Source: Candidatus Bathyarchaeota archaeon | GTDB taxonomy: Archaea; Thermoproteota; Bathyarchaeia; Bathyarchaeales; Bathycorpusculaceae | Reading direction: 5' to 3' | Assembly: GCA_963739305.1 (NCBI GenBank) | Contig: CAVTZU010000020.1 | Span: 64,001-128,000 of the forward strand | DNA length: 64,000 nt | Made by a program: the position numbers and the translations under genes | Notes under the pieces: generated by a model | Told to the model about the DNA's origin: nothing | What the model saw: the letters and a program-made list of their open reading frames with translations, nothing else | The model's database searches: none | In this document: piece after piece, positions 21,488 through 32,299 of the stretch | Position numbering within the stretch: the stretch's first letter is position 1 | Layout of the letters: each line of letters begins with the position of its first letter

Positions 21488-23740
21488 CTAATGCTTTCCA
21501 AAGTTGTTGGCAAGCATGATGATGTCAAAGATGTCGATAATGTTGTCATGGTTGAGGTCTGCCTGTCCATTCCAATTTGGATGCCCGGGGTACGAGCCGA
21601 AAGCCAAAGCTGCCAATATCGCGTCCGATATGTCAACAATTCTGTCCAGGTTGATGTCTCCCAACACAAAACCATATGGCTTCACAAGCGGATACCAATC
21701 TATATTGATTGTATCAATAGTGTATGGAGTGTCGCCTATTCCGTCGCTGCCAGTCTCGTTCTGATAAGGACCGCTGTACAAGTCAGTGCCGTTGTAATCA
21801 CTCCAGTAGTTGCCGCCAGAAGGATACGCGTTGTTCCAGATGTTGATTCCTGGCGCATGCGCCGCGGGAAACGTATCATTGATCATGTTGTTGTGGAAAA
21901 TGAGGTTGAGGCTACCATATGTGTAGAGCGCAATCGTTGATATGCCGACAAAGCTGTCAGCAAAGGTGTTGTCGTGAATAAGATTATTACTGCTCCCCAA
22001 AATCATCGCTCCAACTTCCAACATCCGCAGTTCGGGTGAAAGGTCCACCCAAGCCTCCTCGGGGAAAAAGGGGGCCATTTCAGGAAAGCGATGCATTTCT
22101 AGGAGAGACCAAATGTCACTCCCACTCACCAAATTCCCCGAGATGATGCTACCGAATGTATCGGGGAGGTAGATTCCAAGTGGATCTCTCAAAAGCGTGT
22201 TGTTTGTTATTATGCTACTGTTGCTCGAGATCCGCATTCCCACTCCGTTGTCAACAATAATGTTTCTCTTGACCGTGGTGTCGAAAGAAGTATAATCGAC
22301 GGACGACCACTCATCATCTGCGAGTGACCAGTAGCGATAGCCTTTGGCATCAATAGCATAAACGGTGTCACTTATCGAGTTGTCTGTTATAATCGTGTTG
22401 TTTGAAGCTACCGCAAGAACGCCTTGAACGTTTTTCGACAGGTTCAAACCCTCAACCAATATGTTCGTGCAGTTTATCAGTATCACGCATCCAGCGTCTG
22501 TTGGAACTTTTTGGTCGTGCTGATTTATCCAATAGATTATTGACCTGCCATCAACAGTGTTGGACACGTCGATGTCATTCACGAGTTCAACTAGCGGATC
22601 CATGTTAGCTGAATTCGCCAAAGAGAGACTATATATTTGGGGAGGTATGCCAAAGTTCATTTGGCCACCGCTAATACTGTTGTTTCTCATTGTTGTAAAT
22701 TTTGTAACCTCGGCCAAGTAGATGCCGTTCAAATTATCTTCAAGTGTATTCCCAACTATAGTGTTGTTGTTACTGTATATCCATTCATATATGCCGTAAG
22801 CGTTCCCAGTAATGTTATTGTCGACGATCGAAGTGTTATTCGAAAAGAGAAGCAATATGCCCTGCAGGTTGTTCGATAGACTGCAGCCCTTTACCGTGAT
22901 ATTATTGCAGTCGTTCAACCATACGTACCCAGCATCAGTTGGGACATGCTCATCGCTTCGATTATCCCAGAAGTAAATGGGTTTTCCATTCACCGTGTTA
23001 GAAGAATCTATATCATTGACAACTCCATGTCTTGCAGGGGTGCCACCCACGAAGTTTGCTGTTTGTCCGTCTATAATAAGCCCAAAGTTGTAAGTGTTGC
23101 CGGTCATATTGTTGTTTCTAAGAATGTTGTTATTCGAGTAACCCTCTAGAGTCAAACCGTGTTTGCTGTTTGAAACAGTGTTGTTGACTATGATATTATC
23201 AGCAGAGCTGAGAAGATGAATGCCAAACAAGGTATTGTTTGCTAAGAAGTTATTAGATACCGTATTATTGGCAGAACTTCGCAGCAGAATACCTCCATAA
23301 AGATTGTTTATGATTTGATTGTCTTCTATTCTATTGCCAGTGAACGTCGGAAGTAATCCCCACCAATACACAACAACACCGTATTCTCCGTTTCTTACTG
23401 TAAATCCGCTTATGCTAGAATTATTATTTATAAGCCATATTGTTCCATAGGGTCCAGTTCCGTTTCCATCGACAATCGTATTATCCCTGTTTTCTCCGAC
23501 AAGAGAAACAGTCTGGTTTACCCACACGTTTTCATAGTATGTTCCGTTGTGTACGTATATTGTGTCTCCGTTGCTCGCTGCGTTTACTGCTTCTTGTATC
23601 GTGTGAAAGTCTGCTGGTCCATCATCGTCCACAGTCCATGTTCGCGGTTCTGCCTTGACAGGTTGAATGTTAAATGCCAAAGTCAACATGCTTGTTAACA
23701 GCAAAATGAACATCACCACAGAAAATACTCGCTTCAGCAA
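21488..23740 (-). CDS. Secreted beta-helix protein with dockerin
   Basis: VDDDGPADFHTIQEAVNAA, VNGKPIY inserts, GGNYWSD, dockerin. Confidence 0.9.
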   Translation of the reverse strand: MLKRVFSVVMFILLLTSMLTLAFNIQPVKAEPRTWTVDDDGPADFHTIQEAVNAASNGDTIYVHNGTYYENVWVNQTVSLVGENRDNTIVDGNGTGPYGTIWLINNNSSISGFTVRNGEYGVVVYWWGLLPTFTGNRIEDNQIINNLYGGILLRSSANNTVSNNFLANNTLFGIHLLSSADNIIVNNTVSNSKHGLTLEGYSNNNILRNNNMTGNTYNFGLIIDGQTANFVGGTPARHGVVNDIDSSNTVNGKPIYFWDNRSDEHVPTDAGYVWLNDCNNITVKGCSLSNNLQGILLLFSNNTSIVDNNITGNAYGIYEWIYSNNNTIVGNTLEDNLNGIYLAEVTKFTTMRNNSISGGQMNFGIPPQIYSLSLANSANMDPLVELVNDIDVSNTVDGRSIIYWINQHDQKVPTDAGCVILINCTNILVEGLNLSKNVQGVLAVASNNTIITDNSISDTVYAIDAKGYRYWSLADDEWSSVDYTSFDTTVKRNIIVDNGVGMRISSNSSIITNNTLLRDPLGIYLPDTFGSIISGNLVSGSDIWSLLEMHRFPEMAPFFPEEAWVDLSPELRMLEVGAMILGSSNNLIHDNTFADSFVGISTIALYTYGSLNLIFHNNMINDTFPAAHAPGINIWNNAYPSGGNYWSDYNGTDLYSGPYQNETGSDGIGDTPYTIDTINIDWYPLVKPYGFVLGDINLDRIVDISDAILAALAFGSYPGHPNWNGQADLNHDNIIDIFDIIMLANNFGKH

Positions 23741-23901
23741 TCCCCGCTCCCCAACTTACATAGGTGTAATCGCTAGATATGACTTGTGAAGAAATCTTCT
23801 ATGGCACGAGTACTTGCCACAAATAAGAGTGGTTGCGGTAGTGCGCGCGCTAAACCATGTGAAAAGATAACTGCAACGTACTTTTGGTACGCTTGAGTTT
23901 C

Positions 23902-25032
23902 TTAGATGTGTTTGTAGACTTGCTTGTCAGTGTAATTACCGCTTTCCATTTCATTCTCTATTTCTTTTAGCAGAAGGATCCGCTCATAGGTGCGTGGGTG
24001 AGTGGAGAACAGTAGATTTATTCTTCTCCAGCTTCGCTGAAGACTATTGAATATTCTACCTCCTCCTTCAAGCTGTTTTTCTTCCTCGTCCATGGCCAGC
24101 TCAAGCTCTCTTTCTTCAAGAACGCCGTCGCCGTCCAAGTCGTATTCTTCTTTGCGTTCAATTATCCCTTCAAATTCCTTTTTGGCTGCAGCAGGATCGC
24201 CGATGTAGAAAGTTCGAATTCCGAAGTCTGAGTTGGGCTTGGGGCTGAGCGATAAGCCGTAGGTTATCTTGGTTAGAGCACTTTGAAGTTGGCGTGGAGA
24301 TTGTGTGAGGTAAGCGGAGTAGGCGTCTGCGTAGTGCTCTCTTAAGCGACTCAGACTGCGCAAAGACAAGAGTGAAAGCGTGTAGAAGAGTAGGGGGAAG
24401 AGTGCGGCGATCAGAATCAGTATACGGCCTATAATCTGGCCGATGATACTTCCAATTATGTTGGAGTCTTTTGAGGAGGAGGAACCCGGCGAGAATGCTG
24501 CCTTAACGAGCATCATGAAGATTGCATAGATTAGAATGGGTATCGCGGCCAGCGTTGTCATTACGGCGCAATCGTTGTGTTTTAGGTGTCCAAGTTCATG
24601 GCCGATTACGCCTTCAATTTCCTCTTCGCTTAGTTTTTTGAGAAGGCCCTCATTGACGACAAGGGTTGCTCCTTTCTTTGTCCTTCCAAACACGAATGCG
24701 TTGGGCGCGTCATCCGTTACGATTGCCAATCTGGGGATGGGAATACCGCTCCTGTCTGAAAGTTTTTTCACGGTTTTTTCGAGCCAGGGATTTTCTTGGG
24801 GCTGCAGGTATCTGAGTTTTGTTGAACGTTTAACAATCCATGGACCAGTTAGAAACTGGATCAAGAACAAGAATAGAATAAACGCAACGACGTAGAGCGG
24901 ATGAACTAGAAATCCTATGCCCAGCAAGAAAGGAACAATGTAAAGAGGTATTGCGAGGAAAAAACAAAACACTAGGAAAAGAAGCATGGCTGCGATTGTC
25001 ATGGAAAGTTTCAGACGTGAAAGTCCAGCCAT
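23902..25032 (-). CDS. htpX: M48 family zinc metalloprotease HtpX
   Basis: PNAFVFG, HELGH, SRLREHYAD, FSTHP. Confidence 0.9.
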   Translation of the reverse strand: MAGLSRLKLSMTIAAMLLFLVFCFFLAIPLYIVPFLLGIGFLVHPLYVVAFILFLFLIQFLTGPWIVKRSTKLRYLQPQENPWLEKTVKKLSDRSGIPIPRLAIVTDDAPNAFVFGRTKKGATLVVNEGLLKKLSEEEIEGVIGHELGHLKHNDCAVMTTLAAIPILIYAIFMMLVKAAFSPGSSSSKDSNIIGSIIGQIIGRILILIAALFPLLFYTLSLLSLRSLSRLREHYADAYSAYLTQSPRQLQSALTKITYGLSLSPKPNSDFGIRTFYIGDPAAAKKEFEGIIERKEEYDLDGDGVLEERELELAMDEEEKQLEGGGRIFNSLQRSWRRINLLFSTHPRTYERILLLKEIENEMESGNYTDKQVYKHI

Positions 25033-25096
25033 TATGTCAGCTTCTCACAGCTTTTTGAGCTTGAAGAACTCGTCAAGCGCGCGACCTTGTCCAGGT

Positions 25097-28000
25097 CTAA
25101 TCTGGGCCCTTTAACCAACCGCGGATTCCAAGCTCTTTCACAGTAACCGTTAGCTGTTCAAACTGGAAATACTTGTGCTCTCCAGCCTCGTCCATGAACT
25201 CAATTTTCGGCGTGAAAACGAATTCTCCCTTCCTTTTAGGTTTCAATGTCAGCTTCATTGCCTCGTTCTCCAGAGGAGCCATTCTTCTGCCTTTTAGGCT
25301 AAGTAGTTCCCCCAGAACTAGGCATTTTTCGGGTTTTCCTATCAGATCGAATCCTTCCGGTATAATCTTCTGCACGCCTAACAAGAAAGCTGGGTTCTTC
25401 CCAAGATTGGCAATCTGAATCTCCAAGTCAAGGTTTTCACCAACCGCAACCTCATTCTTATGCACAATCAAGTTTCCTTGAATAAATGCAGGTTCAAGCC
25501 TCAGCAAGCCAACAGGCTCTTCTATGTTCAAACTCGGTGCAGAGATCGTCTTGGTACTAGATGCGTCGCTGGGGACGGCGAGCAACTCCCCTAGAGACAG
25601 GACGAATTCGCTTTTTTCCTTGACCTTCTCAACCATCTTGAGAACTTCGTCTCTTTTTCCGGTGAACCCAGCTGTCTCATAGAGCCCAGCTGATCGTACC
25701 AGACACCTCTCAGCCAGGAGATAGGCCTTGTTTTTCTTTTCGAGATCAACTTCTATTTCGGCGCCGAGCATGTAGTTGTAAGCATCGAATAGAATCTCTG
25801 TCGCATTTGTCCACAGAGATGCATTGTGGAAACCTGCCTTCAAGTAGTAGTTCGCTGCACTTTCAAGCAGCTGTTTGGCTTTCGACAAATCATCTCTGCT
25901 TTTCGTTTCTTCGAACATGGTTCCGTGTTCAAGTGCTTTGCAGAAAGCGCTGTTGCCGGAAGCTAGTAAGGCTGTTGTGTCCTTGGCGGCGTGTTCTTTT
26001 GCTTTGAGAAACATCTCAGAAGCACTATGATACAGCTCGGGTGAAGCCCTTCCATCAGCTAACTTCATCTTTTGCCATGCACGACACATCAACGCAAGTG
26101 ATTCTATTTCCTTTTGATCTGTTTCGATCGTTGTTGTCTCATACATTTCCTCCAGCGTAGTGGCTGCTGAACCGTACTTGTCTGCGCTTTCAGCGTGGTT
26201 TCCATTTCGGTCATACATTCTTGCTTCTTCTAAATTCATTCTTGCATTGCAGTAGTCCTTTCTTCGGACAGAAGCTTCCTTGAGTTCAATTGTCTTTTCC
26301 TTTTCCTCTAGGTTTTGGGTCTTTTCGGTTTCTTCCTCGAAAACTTGCGCGGCCTCTTCAAAACATTCAGCCGCTTTCTTGAAAGCCTCAATCGAATCGG
26401 TGATATTGTCACGTCTGCTCAGGTCCTCTCCTTTTTCCAAAAGAGAACATGCAAGAAAGTTCATGGATAGATAGCTCCACAGTTTCAATGGCTTCAGAAG
26501 GTCTGCAGCCTTTTCGTAGTGATTCAATGCAGCATCGTATTTTTCCTGTGTGTGGGCAACCTTGGCTTTCTCGATCTCACTCCATGCCTTCATATAGGTT
26601 GAATGATCTAAGTAGAAATTTTCAAAGTGGGGATTTCCCTGAGCAGCACTTTTGTATTCCAAGAATGCGTTTTCGAAATTTCCAACAGCCTCTTGATTCT
26701 TTCCAAGGCGATCTTGATTTTTTGCCATTGCCCAATAGGACTCGGCGGCACGACTTGGCAACTTTCCTTTCTTGAATTCTTTTGCAGCTCCTGCATAAGC
26801 CTCGATAGTTCTGTCAAGTACTTTTTCGTCTTTGGTCAAAGCATAAAGCTCTGTCAGTGTTGCTCCCAAAGAGGCTTCATAATGCCCGACTGAAACTATC
26901 AGTGTGGGTATGGGGCGAACTAAAATCCATTTCCTGCAACGTGAGATTCCATCGTTCATATCTGAAATCGCACTTTCAAGAAGATCTCTTTTCTTTTCGT
27001 TCTCATTTTCCTCTTTTGCCAACGCCGCTTTTATTAGTCCTTCATAATTCTTGCCAACTCCACGCACCCAATCGTTGGTCGGAACTAATCTTTCGGTAAT
27101 CTTATTTGATTCTTGCCTGTGAACTAAAGCTTCTTCGAGGAGCCTTACCTTTTCATCTTTCTCAGCTTCAAGATTGGAACGGAAGTGAAGTGCTTTGCTT
27201 AAAGCATGAAGAGTGGAAACCGTGGCATCGGAGGAGCCTGAACGTTTCGCGTGTTCTAATCCGTCGCGTCCGATTTCTATTGCCTTTTCTAACATTGAGC
27301 GCTTCTCTTCTGAACTTGCTTCGAATTCCCGACCCAGCGAAGAATAACTTTCAGCATAGAACAAATCTGTTTCAGCGATGTAAAAATCCTGGGAGATCAT
27401 CTGAAGGTAGCGAATAGCGTCTTCAGCATATCTAATGATCTTCACGTGCCCTTCCTTCTTTTTTTCAGGGTCGGGTTCCCTTAGCGTCATCCAATCAGTC
27501 ACAAATGCAAGAACGTAAGATGCAACTCCTCTGAGGTAATTGTCCCTTACGATCGTTCCTTGTCTCAGCATTTCCTCGGCGTATTCGGAAGACAAGCCCA
27601 CCTTCTCAGTGAAAAGAAGCGTGCACATGGCTGCCGCCCAGTTTGCAATTGCGACATAATATGGGTTTTCAACATCTTTAGATAGTTCCAAAGCTTTCTG
27701 CGAGTAGTCCATGCTTTTTTGTGCAATTTCCTTTCGTTGTTGTTCTTCGACTACGTTTGCCGCATACCAGCCGTGGAGACTATAGGAAGAATAAGCCCGG
27801 AGGAGTTCAGTCTTGTCACCAAGGTTTGAGAGAACTGCAATAGCTTTGTTTGCGAGCTTGATTCCTTCATTGGCTATGCTTTTCATTTCCGTCCAGTCGT
27901 ATGCAACGTACGATCTTTCAACAAGACACAGAAGCAGATCGTTACACATTTTTCCATAGCTCATTTTGTCGCCAACGTCTTCATATGCCTCCAGACTCTT

Positions 28001-28405
28001 TTTTCCCAACCTGAGGCATTCGTCGAGCATTCTCTTTTTCTCTGATGGAGAAGACGCCAGCGAAGTGCGTATGTAATTCGCCATGGCACTCAATTTCAAG
28101 CGTTTGCCCGCAGTTTCCGGGCTACCTTCTTCTTCGAGAAGTTGGGCTGCAGCTTCGTATGCTTCCACTGCCAGTTGACCGACCTTCATGAACTTCTCTG
28201 GATCCTCGGCCTGCAAGGCGGCTTTGTTGAGGCAATAGCCAATCTTCTCTTGAAGGTCGGCTCTCTCAACGAGGTCGGCTTCTCCAACTTTGCCTGAGAC
28301 TCGTTTGTATAGTTCTGCAGCCTCCAGCCAATTGTACTCCTTCTCTTTACGCTTTGCTTCGTCGAGAATGATAGCTAGCTGTTGACTTGCAGGCATGATT
28401 GACAA
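25097..28405 (-). CDS. Giant TPR/alpha-solenoid protein with C-terminal Ig-like beta domain
   Basis: Repeated A..YE.AA helical pairs; C-terminal VAVGENLDLEIQIANLG...GEFVFTPKIEFMDEAG. Confidence 0.8.
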   Translation of the reverse strand: MSIMPASQQLAIILDEAKRKEKEYNWLEAAELYKRVSGKVGEADLVERADLQEKIGYCLNKAALQAEDPEKFMKVGQLAVEAYEAAAQLLEEEGSPETAGKRLKLSAMANYIRTSLASSPSEKKRMLDECLRLGKKSLEAYEDVGDKMSYGKMCNDLLLCLVERSYVAYDWTEMKSIANEGIKLANKAIAVLSNLGDKTELLRAYSSYSLHGWYAANVVEEQQRKEIAQKSMDYSQKALELSKDVENPYYVAIANWAAAMCTLLFTEKVGLSSEYAEEMLRQGTIVRDNYLRGVASYVLAFVTDWMTLREPDPEKKKEGHVKIIRYAEDAIRYLQMISQDFYIAETDLFYAESYSSLGREFEASSEEKRSMLEKAIEIGRDGLEHAKRSGSSDATVSTLHALSKALHFRSNLEAEKDEKVRLLEEALVHRQESNKITERLVPTNDWVRGVGKNYEGLIKAALAKEENENEKKRDLLESAISDMNDGISRCRKWILVRPIPTLIVSVGHYEASLGATLTELYALTKDEKVLDRTIEAYAGAAKEFKKGKLPSRAAESYWAMAKNQDRLGKNQEAVGNFENAFLEYKSAAQGNPHFENFYLDHSTYMKAWSEIEKAKVAHTQEKYDAALNHYEKAADLLKPLKLWSYLSMNFLACSLLEKGEDLSRRDNITDSIEAFKKAAECFEEAAQVFEEETEKTQNLEEKEKTIELKEASVRRKDYCNARMNLEEARMYDRNGNHAESADKYGSAATTLEEMYETTTIETDQKEIESLALMCRAWQKMKLADGRASPELYHSASEMFLKAKEHAAKDTTALLASGNSAFCKALEHGTMFEETKSRDDLSKAKQLLESAANYYLKAGFHNASLWTNATEILFDAYNYMLGAEIEVDLEKKNKAYLLAERCLVRSAGLYETAGFTGKRDEVLKMVEKVKEKSEFVLSLGELLAVPSDASSTKTISAPSLNIEEPVGLLRLEPAFIQGNLIVHKNEVAVGENLDLEIQIANLGKNPAFLLGVQKIIPEGFDLIGKPEKCLVLGELLSLKGRRMAPLENEAMKLTLKPKRKGEFVFTPKIEFMDEAGEHKYFQFEQLTVTVKELGIRGWLKGPD

Positions 28406-28457
28406 GCCTCAATTAGCGTATCTTGTTTCAGAGGGGATTCTTGAAAGCACGCGTGCA

Positions 28458-28888
28458 TCAAGTGATTCCGAACATAGATTCGAGGCGGTCGCGCGTTTCT
28501 CCAATAATCAAATGATATTTTTTGCTGTATCTTTTGGTAATGTCTTCCCATCGTTCGCCTTACGTTCTGCCTTAGGGTACCATCGCCACAGCTTAAGACG
28601 GGCGCTTGTCATCGAAACAGGCGGTAAGATGATCCTGATCTCTACTGGAGCGGAATGTTCAGCTGTTGTTTTGATGCGGTAGTATTGTCTTATCTTGCGG
28701 CGGGGCGGAGGTTTTGGTCCAGTCTCACGCTTAGTTACAGTTGTGGAGCCTTTTTGCAAAACTTCTCTGAAAGTCAGACAAACATCGTCTGTGGGAAAAA
28801 CTGTGATGTTTTTCCCTTTGTTTGTTACTGCTCCGATGTTACTCATGCTTTTCCCGTAGGTATAATATTCGTCATGAGGCTTTATCAT
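28458..28888 (-). CDS. Hypothetical protein (frameshift at a short duplication near 28555)
   Basis: KLWRWYPKAER then WEDITKRYSKKYHLIIGET in a shifted frame. Confidence 0.55.
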
Positions 28889-28999
28889 TTTCGCCCGCAG
28901 GCTCTGCGAAGGTTTTGTTACAATATTTGGTTTTTGGGGGTAAAGTTTTATCTTTCTCTCTCTCCTACTCACTAACTCTCTATACCTACCTCTCTCTGT

Positions 29000-29051
29000 A
29001 AGACACAGACAGACAAACAGACACACAAACAGACAGAAACAGATAGACAAC
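29000..29051. repeat. Imperfect (ACAG)n tetranucleotide microsatellite
   Basis: agacacagacagacaaacagacacacaaacagacagaaacagatagacaac. Confidence 0.85.
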
Positions 29052-29069
29052 TGTCTTAAACCAGTTTTT

Positions 29070-29090
29070 GGTTTTGCGGAAAAGTTATAG
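29070..29090 (+). promoter_or_regulatory. BRE-TATA promoter, copy 1 of a 21-bp perfect direct repeat
   Basis: GGTTTTGCGGAAAAGTTATAG, identical at 33950-33970. Confidence 0.75.
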
Positions 29091-29161
29091 GCGAACCAGA
29101 CAATATACTTAGAGTTTGACCTAGCGTGAACGAATAACAAGATGTGGAGGTGAACAGAAAT

Positions 29162-29488
29162 ATGGGTATCGTCTTTGTTTTAACATGCGGGATCAAAGAT
29201 GGAAAGCGAGCAGAATTTCAGGCTTTGATGAAAAAATTCCGAAAAATTATGAAGGCAGACCCGAAGGTTTTTGAAGGACTGATATCGTGGCGACTTTTCG
29301 AGCAAGAATACGGTGGAGTAGCTGGCACATACGTTGAAATGTGTGAATTCAAAAGCATGGAAGACATGGAGAAGTGGGAGAAGAGAATTTTCGAGCACAA
29401 AGAGATCAAGGAGCTTATGACAGAATGGCACAAAATAAAAGACCACCACACGCCTATTACGCAGTCAATATGGAATACTGTTGTGTAG
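29162..29488 (+). CDS. Dimeric alpha+beta barrel (NIPSNAP/DUF1428-like) protein
   Basis: IKDGKRAEF...YVEMCEFKSMEDMEKW; GGAGGTGA RBS. Confidence 0.7.
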   Translation: MGIVFVLTCGIKDGKRAEFQALMKKFRKIMKADPKVFEGLISWRLFEQEYGGVAGTYVEMCEFKSMEDMEKWEKRIFEHKEIKELMTEWHKIKDHHTPITQSIWNTVV

Positions 29489-29783
29489 GCTAAGAATAGA
29501 GAAAAGGTGATAGAACAATTCTCTATCACACTTTTTAAGCATCTTTATTCACGGTGTTCTTTGGGAGATATCTATGTCAATCGGGAATACGGGAGCAAAC
29601 CCTCATAAGCGTTGATATACCATTAATAACATGAACTAACCGCTTAATAAACAATGTGTCGAAATTGTAGAACGGAAAAACGCTAGACATCATACATGGG
29701 AATCATAAACCTGGCTTTGGGCTCTGGACAAGGCCGTTCTTGTTTTGTTTATGCTGGGCATTCGTGTTCAATGAGAACAATAA

Positions 29784-31135
29784 TTAACTGCTTTCTACCC
29801 ATCTTACCATTCTGCTTAAAGGGTTCATTCCCTCATGAGGAGCACCAACTGCAAAATAACCCATTTTACCTAGATGTGTTATTCTATCAACCCCCTTCAA
29901 AGTGAGTTCATCCCTTAGTTCAGTTGCTTTAACAAAAGGTTCAATCGCAACGACTTGTGTTTCTGGACCGATATAATCTAATGCATTTCTTATAGTTTTT
30001 ACAGGGACAAGAAATATCGTTCTTCCTAAGGGGTGCGTTTTTATTTCTTCTGGTTTATTCACAATAATTATTGTCCACTCCGTTTTTTCAGAAGCTAGGA
30101 CTTTATGGGCTCTAAACTCTGAATATAGTCTCGTATGAGTTATCACAGCGTGACTGTCTAAAGAACAGTATCCTTTGGCAATCTTTCATTTTCTTCTGTA
30201 AGACTTTCAGCTAAAAATTTAGCCGTATTTTTCAATGTCACCTTCAACAAAACCTATTTGTGGGCTGAAGCATCCTTCTTGGTCAAATAAAGTCAAATCA
30301 TGAGCTGCTTTTAGACTAACTTGCTTCAGGTCATTAAATGCTTCTTTTGCTATTAATTGAATCCCCCTTCTTGGACCAAATTCCAATAATTCAATTTTAG
30401 ATGGAGCCTCTTTCCTAATGGTTTCTACTGCTTCTTTTCCACCCCATACGCAGATACAATCTACAAAAGACATTAATTCATCAAGGATTTCCTTCTCATC
30501 GCTAGGCCAATAAACAACTGAAGTTGATTTTGTTATCGGATGTTCAGGGTCAACATCTAAATAAGACTGTGCAAGATATGCTGCAGTAACAACATCACCA
30601 CTTGGCATTTTTGCTATGTTGCAGTTCTTTGTTAATGTACCTCTTACCAAACTAAGTATGCTTACTGGCGGAACATTTCCTGCAAGAATATGTAAAACAT
30701 TTCCTCTTGGTTGACAATGAATTGATATTTCTCCTTTTTGAATCCACTCATCTAAAAGTCTCTTGTCACCAAGTTCGCTATTCAATGTTGTTTCTAGATA
30801 TTTTCTAGATAGCATTTCCTGAATTTGTTTCATCCCTAACTCAATCATTTCTCTAGAATATCCAGTCATTCTGCATGTTAAATCAACTGAGTTCTTCTCT
30901 TTTTTCATAAGCTTTTGATTCCCATAGCTTCTTCACATGTTGGTAGAAAGAAATGATTTCGATCAATGCTTAATTCATGAATCCCATTTTTATTAACTGC
31001 TTTCATTTCTTGGATGTCTTTATCTGAAACTTTAGGTAAACCAATTTCAAGTTCTCCTTCTTTAGATTCGAATTTAAGTAGATGGTCATTTCCCGTTTTT
31101 TCTTTTCCACAAATCATTGTTGGAATAAGGTTCAT
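29784..31135 (-). pseudogene. luxC: LuxC-like acyl-CoA reductase, split by at least two frameshifts
   Basis: PRGNVLHILAGNVP, VWGGKEAV, FGPR, FDQEGCFSPQ, GVDRITHLG, HEGMNPLSRMVRWV across three ORFs. Confidence 0.85.
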
Positions 31136-31181
31136 AATACCACTTTGAGACAAACTTGGAGATTCGACATTTTGACCCTAT

Positions 31182-32299
31182 TCATGAACTATTTCTTGTT
31201 ATTAACTTCATAAATTCTTCTAGCCTAATTGCACAGCCTCTTGCACCTAATTCACTTGCTCTTCCTCTATGCTCAACTATTTGCCCTGTAATTCCACACT
31301 TACATTCTTCTCCCATACTGCACCCATATCCCCTGGAAGCGTAAATGCTGGATAAGAACTTACAAATGCACTCATTGCAGCAAGCAGACCAGTTTTACCT
31401 TCCTCAGCTTCTTCGTTGATATTTTCTGGATTTCTAATTGATATATGATACCAAGGTGGTACATGCTTGTTATGGTATTCACATTCTGGTATCATTCCCA
31501 TAATATCTGTTAATCCTAATCCATCTCTAATTTGATTTTCATTGATACCAAAGAATTCTGCCATGTCTTTATATAATTCCTCTTTCTGAAACCTCTCCCT
31601 TTACCCCTTTCCAACCACCTGTAATCATAAATCTTGACCCAACATCTAGCTTTATTTTTTTACCTTCTTTTTTCATATACTCTACTAAATTCCAATATGC
31701 AAAGGGCGGTCCATAAAGATGTTGAGCGTGTTTAGAACTTGTAATAAGTTCCAATATTTGTCCAGCATCAAATCTACCAGCTTTTGCAGCAAATTTTATG
31801 TTACTATCATTAAAACCCATCTTCTGGAAGGTTACATATGCCCCTCCAACTAACGCAACTTTAGTTTCTGTTGGAGGAGGAGCAAGAATAATAACACTGC
31901 CCGGCGTTATTCCCATAACTGTTTGCCATGATCTTGCATTAAAAATGGCATATCTTTCAATGGTTATTTTATCAAGTGGATACTTAACAGGGTTTTTGGA
32001 TGTTGTGCTACTAGTTGTTAAGATTGTTACAATTTCATTTTCTGGAACACTTAAAATTAATTCTTCAGAATCTCTAAAAATATCACTTGGTATGGGTTGT
32101 ATTTTAATCAAGTCTTCATATGTTTTAATATCTTCAGGTTTTACGTTGTGTAATTCACAGTATCTTTTGTATTCTGGACAATTATTAAAGTGAAAAGCAA
32201 AAGCTTGTTTAAACATTCTATATTTCCATTCATGAATATTTTAATATTCATACGTAAAGGGTCAGAGAGTTCTAGTAATCTATCACATTCCCATTGCAT
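31182..32299 (-). pseudogene. luxE: LuxE-like acyl-protein synthetase, split by several frameshifts
   Basis: FHFNNCPEYKRYC, TTSSTT, GPPF, ITGGWKG, HVPPW, GRASELGARGCA. Confidence 0.85.

Noticed and set aside
9596-23740. Diversity-generating retroelement (AAC-rich repeats)
   Set aside because: No reverse transcriptase in the window; AAY richness reflects Asn ladders of beta-helices; no non-coding template with A-only mismatches recognised.
28889-29140. N-terminal extension of ORF 28508-29140 (CLFVCLFVCL)
   Set aside because: Translation of the ACAG microsatellite and promoter region, not protein-like.
29784-32299. Bioluminescence operon
   Set aside because: No luxA/luxB/luxD/luxG present.
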